Shown here: positions 13,063 through 22,679 of the stretch, in pieces | Numbering within the stretch: the stretch's first letter is position 1 | How the letters are laid out: the number at the start of each line of letters is the position of its first letter | From: Atribacterota bacterium | Lineage (GTDB): Bacteria; Atribacterota; Phoenicimicrobiia; Phoenicimicrobiales; Stramentimicrobiaceae | Direction: 5' to 3' | Length of the DNA: 64,000 nt | NCBI GenBank assembly: GCA_040767965.1 | Contig: JAXGNR010000005.1 | Coordinates: 218,623 to 282,622 of the forward strand | Notes under the pieces: generated by a model | What the model saw: the letters and a program-made list of their open reading frames with translations, nothing else | Told to the model about the DNA's origin: nothing | Databases searched by the model: none | Translations under genes and position numbers: made by a program

Positions 13063-13120
13063 AATATTCAAACATTAAGAGGAGGCTTAGCTTCCTCTTA
13101 ATGTTTGAATATTGGTTTTT
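13063..13120 (+). terminator. Long inverted repeat / intrinsic terminator after tRNA-Leu
   Basis: AATATTCAAACATTAAGAGGAGGC-TTA-GCTTCCTCTTAATGTTTGAATATT (24-bp stem with one G.U) followed by a T-tract. Confidence 0.75.
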
Positions 13121-13163
13121 ATTTAAATATTTTAGTGATTATTAAAAATAAAATAAAAAAAAT

Positions 13164-13185
13164 TAGTAATCACATAGTAATCACA
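13164..13185. repeat. Tandem 11-bp direct repeat TAGTAATCACA x2
   Basis: Seen directly; a partial inverted copy (GTGATTATTA) lies near 13136-13145. Confidence 0.8.
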
Positions 13186-13209
13186 TTATTAAAAGTCCGG
13201 GTTATTTAA

Positions 13210-13557
13210 ATGCACGAAAGATCAATAGCAAAAAATATGTTAAACCTAATTTTGGAAAAAACAAAATCTTTAAAAAAAGAAAAGACAATAAAGAAAATAA
13301 ACATTATTGTTGGTGAATTTACTATGATTCAAGAAGAATTACTTGTCCGTGCATTTTATGATTTAGCAAAATCAACAATTGCGGAAAAGGCAGAAATAAA
13401 AATTATCAATAATCCTTTAACAGGAAAATGCTTAAGCTGTAAAAAGGAATTTCTTCTTAATAAAAAAGAATTTATTTGCCCTTTCTGTAAGAGCAGCATG
13501 ATTCAAATAATAAGTGGAGATGAATTACTTATTGAAGATATAGAAATAAGCAAATAA
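13210..13557 (+). CDS. hypA: Hydrogenase nickel metallochaperone HypA
   Basis: MHE N-terminus, CxxC..CPxC, SGDEL. Confidence 0.95.
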   Translation: MHERSIAKNMLNLILEKTKSLKKEKTIKKINIIVGEFTMIQEELLVRAFYDLAKSTIAEKAEIKIINNPLTGKCLSCKKEFLLNKKEFICPFCKSSMIQIISGDELLIEDIEISK

Positions 13558-13690
13558 TAATTGTTAGGTATAATAAGGCAAACTGTAACTATATATTTAT
13601 GAAGTCTTCCAATTAAAAAACAATGATATATTTTATGAAAATAAAATATATTTTTTGCCAAATACTCTAAATTATTTTATTTTTAAAAAA

Positions 13691-13720
13691 TTGAAAGTAA
13701 CTAACTAGATATGGTATACT
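13691..13720 (+). promoter_or_regulatory. Putative promoter of the mbh operon
   Basis: TTGAAA-18 nt-TATACT with extended TG, in an AT-rich spacer. Confidence 0.4.
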
Positions 13721-13912
13721 TTTTAAGAATTTTTAATTTTAGCAAAATATTGTTTTTAATATTTTTAATTTTTTGTAACATCTAAACCGGACATATACAA
13801 CTAAAGAGGATAAATAAATATTATTGACTTTATAATTAAATAAATAAAAATACTGGAGTTAAAAATATATTTAATTTAAATAAGGACTAATAAATAGAAG
13901 TGAGGTGGAATA

Positions 13913-14422
13913 ATGGTCGGGTTTTTTATTACTTTTGTGTTAAGTTTTCTTGCCTATCTTTTTCTGGCGGCAAACCAAGGAGAGATATTAGGCTTGTGGA
14001 GTCAAAATGAGATTATATTCGCCACAATTATTTCTTTTATAGTTGCTGCCATTTCTTCTAGGGTGCTGTTTCAGAAAGGACATTATCGCTTGCTAAATCC
14101 TCTCAAATGGGGCATATTCTTGATTTACCTGTTTGGTCCATTCTTAGTAGCTTTGATAAAAGCCAATATTGATGTTGCTTATCGCGTTATAACAGGGAAA
14201 ATTAATCCAGGAATTGTAAAAATATCTCCAAATTTAAAAACTGATGCCGGAATTACCATGTTATCAAATTCAATTACGATAACACCTGGGACTCTTACTG
14301 TCGACATTGACGAGAAAAGCAATGATCTTTATATTCACTGGATTAATGTAACTAATTTAAAACCTACAATTGAAGATATTTGTGGAAATTTTCCAACTTG
14401 GATTAGGAGGATTGCAGAATGA
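13913..14422 (+). CDS. mbhA: Mbh subunit A (MnhE/MrpE-like)
   Basis: KANIDVAYRV..INPGIV, NSITITPGT, LYIHWI. Confidence 0.88.
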   Translation: MVGFFITFVLSFLAYLFLAANQGEILGLWSQNEIIFATIISFIVAAISSRVLFQKGHYRLLNPLKWGIFLIYLFGPFLVALIKANIDVAYRVITGKINPGIVKISPNLKTDAGITMLSNSITITPGTLTVDIDEKSNDLYIHWINVTNLKPTIEDICGNFPTWIRRIAE

Positions 14423-14691
14423 TTCAATTTTCTAATATATTTTTACTTTCTGGCTCGCTTTTAGCTTTCTTTATCTTTATTTCCCTTATAAGGATTGTCT
14501 TGGGACCGACTGTACCAGATCGTGCAGTGGCTCTAGACACTATTAATACTCTTGTTATTGCGGCAATGATCTTGTTTGGAGCGGCTTTTGAAGAAATTAT
14601 TTATATTGATGTTGCAATTGTTTATGCTTTGTTATCTTATATTACTACCCTTTATATTGCAAAATATTTAGAAAGGAGGGCAAAAAAATAA
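14419..14691 (+). CDS. mbhB: Mbh subunit B (MnhF/MrpF-like)
   Basis: GPTVPDRAVALD; three TMs. Confidence 0.88.
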   Translation: MIQFSNIFLLSGSLLAFFIFISLIRIVLGPTVPDRAVALDTINTLVIAAMILFGAAFEEIIYIDVAIVYALLSYITTLYIAKYLERRAKK

Positions 14692-15054
14692 ATGGCTATA
14701 CTTTCTATAGTACTGTATTTATCTTTAGCCATAGGCGTTTTTTTTAATGGACTGGGTTCTTTTGGACTAATAAGATTCCCAGATGTTTATACTCGATTGC
14801 ATGCTGCAACTAAATGTACTACTTTTGGTTCAATATTTTCCTCTTTGGCAGTCATTATTTTTGGTTTCTATTTTTGGAAAGTCTCAGGTGACTCTAAATA
14901 TGGTGTATTATCATTACACACAATTGTTGCTTTGGCCTGTCTGGTGATTACTAATCCAACTGGAGCACATGCAATTGCCAGGGCTGCTCATCGTAGTGGA
15001 GTATTCCCGAAACAAGCTGTAATGGACGAATTAAAGGAGGCTGATTTGCAATGA
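14692..15054 (+). CDS. mbhC: Mbh subunit C (MnhG/MrpG-like)
   Basis: RFPDVYTRLHAATK, PTGAHAIARA. Confidence 0.88.
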   Translation: MAILSIVLYLSLAIGVFFNGLGSFGLIRFPDVYTRLHAATKCTTFGSIFSSLAVIIFGFYFWKVSGDSKYGVLSLHTIVALACLVITNPTGAHAIARAAHRSGVFPKQAVMDELKEADLQ

Positions 15055-15293
15055 GTAATTTAATTGGATTTTCACACATAATTGTAATATCGCTGATACT
15101 AATTGCTGCTTTCTTGGCAATTAATTTAAAAGATATTTTATCTGCAGTGATTGCTCTTGCTGCCTCAAGCTTACTAATGTCACTAGAATTTTATTTGTTA
15201 CAGGCACCTGATGTAGCTATTGCTGAGGCGGCAGTTGGTGCAGCTTTAACAACAGCTATTTATATTTTTGCAATTAAGGCCACTAAGAAATAG
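15051..15293 (+). CDS. mbhD: Mbh subunit D (MrpA C-terminal-like)
   Basis: LQAPDVAIAEAAVG motif. Confidence 0.85.
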   Translation: MSNLIGFSHIIVISLILIAAFLAINLKDILSAVIALAASSLLMSLEFYLLQAPDVAIAEAAVGAALTTAIYIFAIKATKK

Positions 15294-15305
15294 AGGAGTG
15301 ACACA

Positions 15306-15572
15306 ATGAAAAAAACATTATTTGGAATAGCATTATTATTTTTCTTGGCTTTCATGATTTTTACTGCAATAGGAATGAGAGACTTTGGAATTCCAGAATT
15401 AACAGAAGTAGATGATTATTATATTAAAAATGCCCAAAGGGAAACAGGAGCCAACAATGTAGTGACTTCTATTGTATTTGATTATCGTGGGTTTGATACT
15501 CTGGGGGAAGCAACAGTTTTGTTCACTGCAGTTGTTGGGGTTACTGCATTATTAAGAGAGGTGATCAAATGA
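15306..15572 (+). CDS. mbhE: Mbh subunit E
   Basis: NVVTSIVFDYRGFDTLGEATVLF motif. Confidence 0.87.
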   Translation: MKKTLFGIALLFFLAFMIFTAIGMRDFGIPELTEVDDYYIKNAQRETGANNVVTSIVFDYRGFDTLGEATVLFTAVVGVTALLREVIK

Positions 15573-16048
15573 AAGAAGAAATGTCACGTATTGTTAGAAC
15601 AATTACCTCGTTAATTTATGGTTTTGTAATAATTTATGGTTTTTATATTATTGTTCATGGACACTTAACACCAGGCGGGGGATTTCAAGGTGGTGCTATT
15701 GTTGCATCTGCATTTGCTTTATTACTTGTGTCTTATGGGGAAAAAGGAATTGACGGTTTTTTAAAAGAGGAATTATTATCCTATATTGAGAGTACTGGAT
15801 TGGTTCTGTTTATCTCCTTTGCTTTTCTCGGATTAGGGACAACATTTTTTTATAACTTTTTGGCAAATAGTGAAAATATCTTTGGTAATTCGGTTAATAC
15901 AGGAATCAATCCTGGAGAACTGAATTCCAGTGGCACAATTGCTTTGATGAATATTGCAGTAGGCATAGAAGTTTTAGCAGCTTTGGGGGTTATTATTCTT
16001 AACATGTCTGCTGGTGCTGAAAAAATATCAAAACAGAAGGAGAATTGA
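15569..16048 (+). CDS. mbhF: Mbh subunit F (MnhB/MrpB-like)
   Basis: HGHLTPGGGFQGG motif. Confidence 0.88.
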   Translation: MKEEMSRIVRTITSLIYGFVIIYGFYIIVHGHLTPGGGFQGGAIVASAFALLLVSYGEKGIDGFLKEELLSYIESTGLVLFISFAFLGLGTTFFYNFLANSENIFGNSVNTGINPGELNSSGTIALMNIAVGIEVLAALGVIILNMSAGAEKISKQKEN

Positions 16049-16052
16049 TAAT

Positions 16053-16400
16053 ATGCTAGCGAATTTTCCTTATCTAGCTGTCGTTATTTTAATAGGAATG
16101 GGTATTTATACTTTAGTTTTTAAAAAAAATCTCATACGTATTGCTATCGGTATAACTATAATTGAAATGGGCGCGAATTTATTTTTGATTACGTTAGGTT
16201 ATAAGAAAGGATCTATTGCACCAATTTATACTCAGGCACCTGAAGGCATGAGTATGGCTTTACCAACACCTCAGGCATTAACATTGACAAGCATAGTAAT
16301 AGGTGTAGCTACAACAGCATTGATTCTTTCCATTATTATGATTATATTTAAAAAATATGGTACTTTGAATACTGATGATATAAGGAGGTTAAGAGGATGA
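16053..16400 (+). CDS. mbhG: Mbh subunit G (MnhC/MrpC-like)
   Basis: PTPQALTLTSIVIG; RBS AGGAG favours ATG 16053. Confidence 0.88.
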   Translation: MLANFPYLAVVILIGMGIYTLVFKKNLIRIAIGITIIEMGANLFLITLGYKKGSIAPIYTQAPEGMSMALPTPQALTLTSIVIGVATTALILSIIMIIFKKYGTLNTDDIRRLRG

Positions 16401-17965
16401 CTTTTATTGCTTCTCATGCGCCTGCATTGATTATTGCCTTGACTCTTTTAGCTGCTTTTTTAGTACCAATAATAGGTAAAATAAAACAAAAAATCTTAGG
16501 GATTTTCGTTACTGCTGTGCTTGGAATTACTTTAATTCTAACTTTGTTCATTGCCATACAGGTTTTCGGAAATGGTCCCATTAAATATGTTTTTGGAGCA
16601 ACAAATACTGGCTTATCGTTACCATCAGGATATTCAGTTCCGATAAGAATTATTTTTCATATTGACAGTATGGGAATATTTATGGGTTTAATAACTGCTG
16701 TTGTAACTTTTTTAGGATCTTTGTATTCTTTGGCATTTATGGCAAAGCATGATGGTATGGAAAAATATTATGCCCTTCTTTTGTTATTAACAACTGCAAT
16801 GTTTGGGATGGAATTTACTGGAGATATATTTAACTTTTTTGTTTTCCTGGAGATATCGTCAATTGCATCAGTTGCTTTGATTTCTTTCAGGAGCAATCTT
16901 TACGGAGAATCAGCTGAAGCAGGATTAAAATATATGATTGTTAGCTCCATAAGTGCTCTCATGGTTTTATTTTCTATCGGGTTGTTTTATGGACAGTACG
17001 ATGTCTTAAACATGGCTGCTATTGCAAATATTATCCAATTTAATCAAATAGACAAAATTGCTCTTGTACTTCTTATAACTGTATTGTCAATGAAAGCAGG
17101 GGCTGTTCCTATGCATATGTGGACTCCGGATGCCTATTCTGAGGCTCCTGGGGCAATAACAATGGTACTTGTCGCTGCTAGCCAGGCGAGTTTATATGCC
17201 TTGTTTAGAGTGGTTTTTTCCCTTTATAATATAAAAATGAACACCTATACCGTTGGCTGGATAATTATTATTTTAGGTATTTTATCTATGTTTATTGGGG
17301 TTACAATGGCTATTATTCAAAAAGACATCAAAAGATTAATGGCATATCACGCTGTTTCACAGACTGGTTATATGCTTTTAGGCGTTGGAGTCGGATTAGC
17401 TGTTTTAGCAAATCCTGTTGCCTTAGAAACATTTGGTATTAAGGCTATGGAGGGTGGCATTTTTCATATTATGAACCATGCAATGTATAAGGGTTTGCTA
17501 TTTTTAACGGCAGGTGCTTTATTTTATAGAACAGGTACCAGGGATTTGAATAAAATGGGCGGATTAGGCAATAAAATGATTTATACTGCAGTATTTTTTA
17601 TAATTGGTGCAGCAGCGATTGCAGGTATTCCTCCATTTAATGGATTTGCTTCAAAATTGATTATATATGAATCAGTTTTCCAATTCAACCCATTGTTATC
17701 AATAATCGCCATGCTGGTAAGTATTTTAACTCTTGCATCTTTTGTAAAAGTATTTCATAGTGCTTTTCTTGGGCCAAAAATGGAACAATATGAAGATATA
17801 AAAGAAGTGCCCAAAAGCATGCTTTTTGCAATGGGAACACTGGCTTGTATTATTGTTTTGTTCGGATTATTTCCTGATTTAGTCGTTAAACATTTAGTAC
17901 ACCCAGCAGTAATGGCTTTGATTAACCAATCCGGCTATACTGAAGTGATTTTGGGAGGAATGTAA
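16397..17965 (+). CDS. mbhH: Mbh subunit H (MnhD/NuoM-like ion-translocating subunit)
   Basis: TGDIFNFFVFLEI, PMHMWTPDAY, KRLMAYH, NHAMYKGLLF, PPFNGFASK. Confidence 0.9.
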   Translation: MTFIASHAPALIIALTLLAAFLVPIIGKIKQKILGIFVTAVLGITLILTLFIAIQVFGNGPIKYVFGATNTGLSLPSGYSVPIRIIFHIDSMGIFMGLITAVVTFLGSLYSLAFMAKHDGMEKYYALLLLLTTAMFGMEFTGDIFNFFVFLEISSIASVALISFRSNLYGESAEAGLKYMIVSSISALMVLFSIGLFYGQYDVLNMAAIANIIQFNQIDKIALVLLITVLSMKAGAVPMHMWTPDAYSEAPGAITMVLVAASQASLYALFRVVFSLYNIKMNTYTVGWIIIILGILSMFIGVTMAIIQKDIKRLMAYHAVSQTGYMLLGVGVGLAVLANPVALETFGIKAMEGGIFHIMNHAMYKGLLFLTAGALFYRTGTRDLNKMGGLGNKMIYTAVFFIIGAAAIAGIPPFNGFASKLIIYESVFQFNPLLSIIAMLVSILTLASFVKVFHSAFLGPKMEQYEDIKEVPKSMLFAMGTLACIIVLFGLFPDLVVKHLVHPAVMALINQSGYTEVILGGM

Positions 17966-17966
17966 T

Positions 17967-18308
17967 ATGAATATTGGATTATTAGAAACTGGAAGCGGAA
18001 GTTGGAATGCTATAATATGGCTAATAATGTTCATAATTATAGGGATAGCTGCAATCTGGATTAGGAGCCACGGAGAAGATCACTATAAGAAAAATACTGA
18101 CCAAACTAAACCTTTCCTTTCTGGAAACAGAGAGATAAGCAAAGAAGACTCTCATGTGGGTGCCAGCCATATTTATTGGGGTTTTACAGAGGCACTAAAA
18201 AAATACTATAAACCCCTGGTGGCTTTGCATACAGGTGACTTAAATGACTATAGTGGATGGATTGTTCTAATCCTGGCCATTATCTTAATTATCGTAGGAG
18301 TAAGTTAA
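17967..18308 (+). CDS. mbhI: Mbh subunit I (two TMs with a lateral helix)
   Basis: PFLSG..YWGF..HTGDLNDY; position between MbhH and the small subunit. Confidence 0.8.
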   Translation: MNIGLLETGSGSWNAIIWLIMFIIIGIAAIWIRSHGEDHYKKNTDQTKPFLSGNREISKEDSHVGASHIYWGFTEALKKYYKPLVALHTGDLNDYSGWIVLILAIILIIVGVS

Positions 18309-18309
18309 C

Positions 18310-18783
18310 ATGAAACTAAATAAAAATTTTGATCGTTCTCTATGGGTATTCCATTTAAATACAGGTTCTTGTAATGGATGTGATATTGAAATTGTTGCCT
18401 TATTAACTCCCAGATATGATGTGGAAAGATTCGGAATTAAACTCGTAGGAAGCCCAAAACACGCCGATGTATTACTTGTTACTGGCCCAGTTAACAGAAA
18501 AATGTTGCCTAGATTAAAATTGATCTATGATCAAACACCAGACCCTAAGGCGGTAATCGTAGTAGGTACTTGTGGAAGCAGTGGTGGTGTTTTTTATGAT
18601 TCTTATAATATAGTTGGACCGGTAGATAAGCATATACCAGTTGACGTGTATGTCCCTGGTTGTCCTATTAGGCCGGAAGCTATTATAAATGGAGTGTTGA
18701 AAGCTTGGCTCAAGCTGGAAAGAATAAGAAATGAATCAGATAAGGCAAAAATTATTGAAACAGCAAAAGAAGCCAGTTCTTAA
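18310..18783 (+). CDS. mbhJ: [NiFe]-hydrogenase small subunit (NuoB-like)
   Basis: GSCNGCDIE, GTCGSSGG, VPGCPIRP. Confidence 0.92.
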   Translation: MKLNKNFDRSLWVFHLNTGSCNGCDIEIVALLTPRYDVERFGIKLVGSPKHADVLLVTGPVNRKMLPRLKLIYDQTPDPKAVIVVGTCGSSGGVFYDSYNIVGPVDKHIPVDVYVPGCPIRPEAIINGVLKAWLKLERIRNESDKAKIIETAKEASS

Positions 18784-18809
18784 TATTAAATAAGGTTTAG
18801 GTGATAATT

Positions 18810-19322
18810 ATGCAATATATGAAACCAGAAGAGTTAATGGAATTTTTAAAAAAAGAACTAAAAGAATCTTTATTGGATATAAGGCTTGACATCAAAAGAA
18901 GGTATAAAACAAAAGAGAATCACAACATCTGGCTTGAAATCAAAAAAGAAATATTTAAAGACACGATTAAACTAATTGCTAGTTTACACTATCCCCATAT
19001 TTCCATCATAGCAGGAGAAGATACTGGAGAAAATGTTGTTTTGACATATCTGCTTTCTATATATTATGGTGAACAAGCTAAGGAAATTTGTCTTAATATA
19101 AAAATAAAACTAGATATTAAAGAACCAACTATTAGTACAATAACCGATATTATACCTGGTGCTCAAACTACTGAAAGGGAAATTAAAGAAATGTTTGGAG
19201 TAAATTTTGTTGGACTACCAGATATGCATAATATATTTTTACCGGAAGATTTCCCAAAAATATTTATCCGTTTAGAAAAAACCAAAAGGGATTGGATGAT
19301 CTCATTCAAAAATGAAAGTTGA
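18810..19322 (+). CDS. mbhK: Mbh subunit K (NuoC-like; 3' end disturbed by probable indel errors)
   Basis: EREIKEMFGVNFVGLP..FLPEDFP; the expected YPxRK motif is in another frame near 19255. Confidence 0.85.
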   Translation: MQYMKPEELMEFLKKELKESLLDIRLDIKRRYKTKENHNIWLEIKKEIFKDTIKLIASLHYPHISIIAGEDTGENVVLTYLLSIYYGEQAKEICLNIKIKLDIKEPTISTITDIIPGAQTTEREIKEMFGVNFVGLPDMHNIFLPEDFPKIFIRLEKTKRDWMISFKNES

Positions 19323-19339
19323 GGTGATTTAAATTGGCT

Positions 19340-20555
19340 ATGTCGAGTTATAAAGTACCTATTGGTCCGATTCATCCTTCGCTGGAAGAACCGATGACCT
19401 TCAATTTTGAAATTGCAGGAGAAAAATTACATCCGTAGATTTAGCCCTGGTGACAACCATCGTGGCATAGAATTTATGGGAAGAAATAGGAATATAATTC
19501 AGATTATTTATTTGGCAGAAAGGATTTGCGGTATTTGTTCTATATCTCATCCTTATGCTTTTTGCAGAGCTGTTGAAAGCGCAGCGAATATCGAAGTTCC
19601 CCCCAGAGCGGAATATATCAGAGCAATTATTGCAGAATTAGAAAGAATACATTCTCATATTCTTTGGGCTGGTGTTGCTGCTCACGAATTAGGATTTGAT
19701 TCGGTTCTGTTCCTATCCTGGAAGGTTCGAGAAAATGTAATGGATCTTCTGGAATTATTGACTGGTAACCGGGTAAATTATGGCATTTATATGGTAGGTG
19801 GAGTGAGGAGAGATATTAAGGATGAACACATCCCTAAAATAAAGCAAACTTTGGAGTATTACAAAGAAACTTACCAAAAATTAGAAGATGTATTCTTGCA
19901 GGATCCCAGCATAGCTCTGAGGACAAAAGGGGTTGGGCCATTGTCTTACGAAGAAGCACTTAATTTATCTGCTGTAGGGCCAACCACCAGAGCTTCTGGT
20001 GTTAAAAAAGATGTCAGGCAAGATCACCCATATTCTGCCTATGCAGATATGAATATAAAAGCCATTACTCCAGATGTATTTTCTGGAGAGGTAAATGGTG
20101 ATGTTTATGATAGGATTATTGTGAGATTATTAGAAGTAAAGCAATCAGTGGAAATAATTGAATATTGCGTGAATAATTTGCCAGATGGAGATATTTTATC
20201 AGAAAAGAAATTAGCCAAATTATTAGCAACACTTAAAAAAGCCACCGGTGAAGGAATTGGAAGACATGAGGCCCCCAGAGGAGAAGTTATACATTATGTA
20301 AAATTAGGCGAAGGAGAAGCCCCAGAAGTATGGAAGGCCAGAGCTCCGACTTATAATAACCTTATGCCATGGGTTCCTATGCTGAAAAATCAAGAAGTCG
20401 CTGATATTCCAATTGTTATTGCCTCCATAGATCCTTGTATAGGCTGCATGGACAGGGTTACCCTGGTAGATTCCAGTACTTATAAAAAAGAAATATTGAC
20501 CAGGGATCAATTGAGAAAATTAAGCGTTGAAAAAACCAGGAGGTTATTACAATGA
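19340..20555 (+). CDS. mbhL: Group 4 [NiFe]-hydrogenase catalytic large subunit (N-terminus frameshifted around 19420-19445)
   Basis: ATG 19340 gives MSSYKVPIGPIHPSLEEP; L1 ERICGICS and L2 DPCIGCMDR keep all four Ni-Fe cysteines; C-terminal cleavable extension present. Confidence 0.92.
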
Positions 20556-21559
20556 TTGAGAGTGGTATTTTAATATTTTTATTAAAAATATTAGGGGCAA
20601 TAGTAATTGCTTTTTTGGGAATAGCAGTTGGTCTCTTTTACAAAGGTTTAGATAGAAAAATAGCAGCCAGAATGCAATCAAGGATTGGGCCGCCAATACG
20701 ACAACCATTTTATGATTTTTTTAAACTGATGATGAAAGAAAACGTAGTTCCTGAGAATGCAGTACCATGGGTCTTTAATGGAGCTCCTTTATTGGCTCTT
20801 GTTTCAGTAATAACCATTCTGTTTTATATTCCTATTGCATCTTTCCCCGCATTGCTCGGAGGATCCGGAGATTTAATATTAATTGCTTATTTACTAGCAA
20901 TACCTGCTGTTGCATTAGTTGTAGGCGGATTTAGCTCGGGTTCAACTTATGCCAGTATTGGAGCACAAAGAGAAATGGTTTTAATGATGAGCTATGAGTT
21001 GCCGTTAGTTACAATTATTATTGCGCTTGGATGGCGATTAAATCTTGCAAACCCTGGTTTGAATATATTTTCTCTAGATATTCTCACTGCCAACCCAATC
21101 TGGGGAGTAGTAGGACCATTAGGATTTCTTGGTGCAATATTGCTCCTTTTTACTCTGGCCATCGTAACACCGGCAGAATTATCCATTGTTCCTTTTGATA
21201 CTCCAGAAGCTGAAACTGAGTTGGCAGGTGGGGCATTGGTTGAATATTCTGGCAGGAATTTAGCTTTATTTGAACTTGCAAATGCAGTTAAGCTAGTTGT
21301 TATGGCAGCCTTAACTGTTGCTCTTTTTTTCCCGTACAATTTAGCCCACTTGTTTTCTTTAAGTGGAATTCTTGCAAGTATTGTAGATATACTATTCTTT
21401 TTAGTAAAAATATTTATTGTTGTATTTTTTGAAGCTACCTATATCCGGGTAGCATTAGCCCGTTTTAAGATTAACCAAGCCTCTGTCACTTATTTGATAT
21501 ATCTTTCAATAATCGGATTAATGGGCTTATTATTAATTGTAGTGGATTATTTAATATAA
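20552..21559 (+). CDS. mbhM: Mbh subunit M (NuoH-like)
   Basis: RKIAARMQSRIGPP..QPFYD, PFDTPEAETEL..GALVEYSG. Confidence 0.9.
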   Translation: MIESGILIFLLKILGAIVIAFLGIAVGLFYKGLDRKIAARMQSRIGPPIRQPFYDFFKLMMKENVVPENAVPWVFNGAPLLALVSVITILFYIPIASFPALLGGSGDLILIAYLLAIPAVALVVGGFSSGSTYASIGAQREMVLMMSYELPLVTIIIALGWRLNLANPGLNIFSLDILTANPIWGVVGPLGFLGAILLLFTLAIVTPAELSIVPFDTPEAETELAGGALVEYSGRNLALFELANAVKLVVMAALTVALFFPYNLAHLFSLSGILASIVDILFFLVKIFIVVFFEATYIRVALARFKINQASVTYLIYLSIIGLMGLLLIVVDYLI

Positions 21560-21566
21560 TATTGAG

Positions 21567-21983
21567 GTGAAGATTATGCCTACTCCAATGGTATTTGAGT
21601 TAATTAAACAGCTTTTTAGTAAAGCATCAACCAATTGTTTTCCTGTCAAGTATTACCCGGGAGACACTACAGTAACTGAGTTGATTGATAAAGTGCAGAA
21701 AGGTGAAGCTAAGATAAATCCGCCAGTGGAAGTACCTGATAAATTCAGGGGGAAAATAACATACGAAAGAGATAAATGTATTGGTTGCAAATTATGTGTA
21801 AAAGTATGTCCTTCTGAAGCAATTGAATTTTTGCCGGAAGAAAAAAAGATCAGGATTAGAATAGATAGATGTATTTTCTGTTCACAATGCAATGATATTT
21901 GCCCGGTAAATTGCCTGCACATGTCAGAAGATTTTTTACTTGCTAATGAAGACAGGTTAAGTCCAGAGATGATTGTTGATTAA
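21567..21983 (+). CDS. mbhN: Mbh subunit N (NuoI-like 2x[4Fe-4S])
   Basis: FRGK..CIGCKLCVKVCP, CIFCSQCNDICP. Confidence 0.9.
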   Translation: MKIMPTPMVFELIKQLFSKASTNCFPVKYYPGDTTVTELIDKVQKGEAKINPPVEVPDKFRGKITYERDKCIGCKLCVKVCPSEAIEFLPEEKKIRIRIDRCIFCSQCNDICPVNCLHMSEDFLLANEDRLSPEMIVD

Positions 21984-22028
21984 ACTTAGTATATTAATAC
22001 ATAATAGATTAACTGACAATTAAAGCAG

Positions 22029-22081
22029 TTTGAATTAAAAAGAGAATGCTAAAATTCTTCAGCATTCTCTTTTTAATTCAA
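22029..22081. terminator. Bidirectional intrinsic terminator between mbhN and hycI
   Basis: TTTGAATTAAAAAGAGAATGCT / AGCATTCTCTTTTAATTCAAA inverted repeat between convergent genes. Confidence 0.8.
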
Positions 22082-22537
22082 ATCATTTAATACTTTTATT
22101 TCTTTTACTTTATCATCTTTTATGTATTTAATTATTTTTTTACAACCAACTAATACGTTCTGGCTTAAATTATCACTTAAATTTGTAGATCCTGGTTGAA
22201 TTCCAATCATAATTATTTCTTTACAAAAAGATTTTAAATAGTCTAATAAAAAAGATAAAGGAATGGAATGAGTGGAAAATTGTAGTTCTGATATTTTATT
22301 GTATGGGATAATCCTGAAGGCGCCGCTAGCTAAATTTAATTCAGCAGCATCGATAATAATAAGCAAATTTGGTTTAACATCTTTTATCTTTGATGTAAAA
22401 TTTTCAGGAGCTGTTCCACTGTCCAGACTAATCCATAGATGGTGATGAAAATTACGTGCAATAAAGGATCCAGCACCATCATCGCCTCTCAAAGAGTTTC
22501 CTATTCCTAATAAGATATTTTTTGATTCTGTTTTCAT
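22073..22537 (-). CDS. hycI: Hydrogenase maturation endopeptidase (HycI-like)
   Basis: LLGIGNSLRGDDGAG, APEN, IIDAA, STHSIPL, IGIQP. Confidence 0.92.
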   Translation of the reverse strand: MKTESKNILLGIGNSLRGDDGAGSFIARNFHHHLWISLDSGTAPENFTSKIKDVKPNLLIIIDAAELNLASGAFRIIPYNKISELQFSTHSIPLSFLLDYLKSFCKEIIMIGIQPGSTNLSDNLSQNVLVGCKKIIKYIKDDKVKEIKVLNDLN

Positions 22538-22679
22538 TTCTATGCTCCTTATTTAAATATTTGCAGTAAATCAAAAAGGATTGTAATATTATTATAAATA
22601 AAATAAATATTATTATATTATTTAAAACTAATGATGTAAAATAATAAATAATCAATATTATTAAATAAACTAAAAACTA

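Noticed and set aside
19250-19445. Frameshifts in mbhK and mbhL suggesting a pseudogenised hydrogenase
   Set aside because: The indels fall mostly in or beside A-runs, all catalytic motifs are intact, and the whole maturation set is present. Read polishing would settle it.
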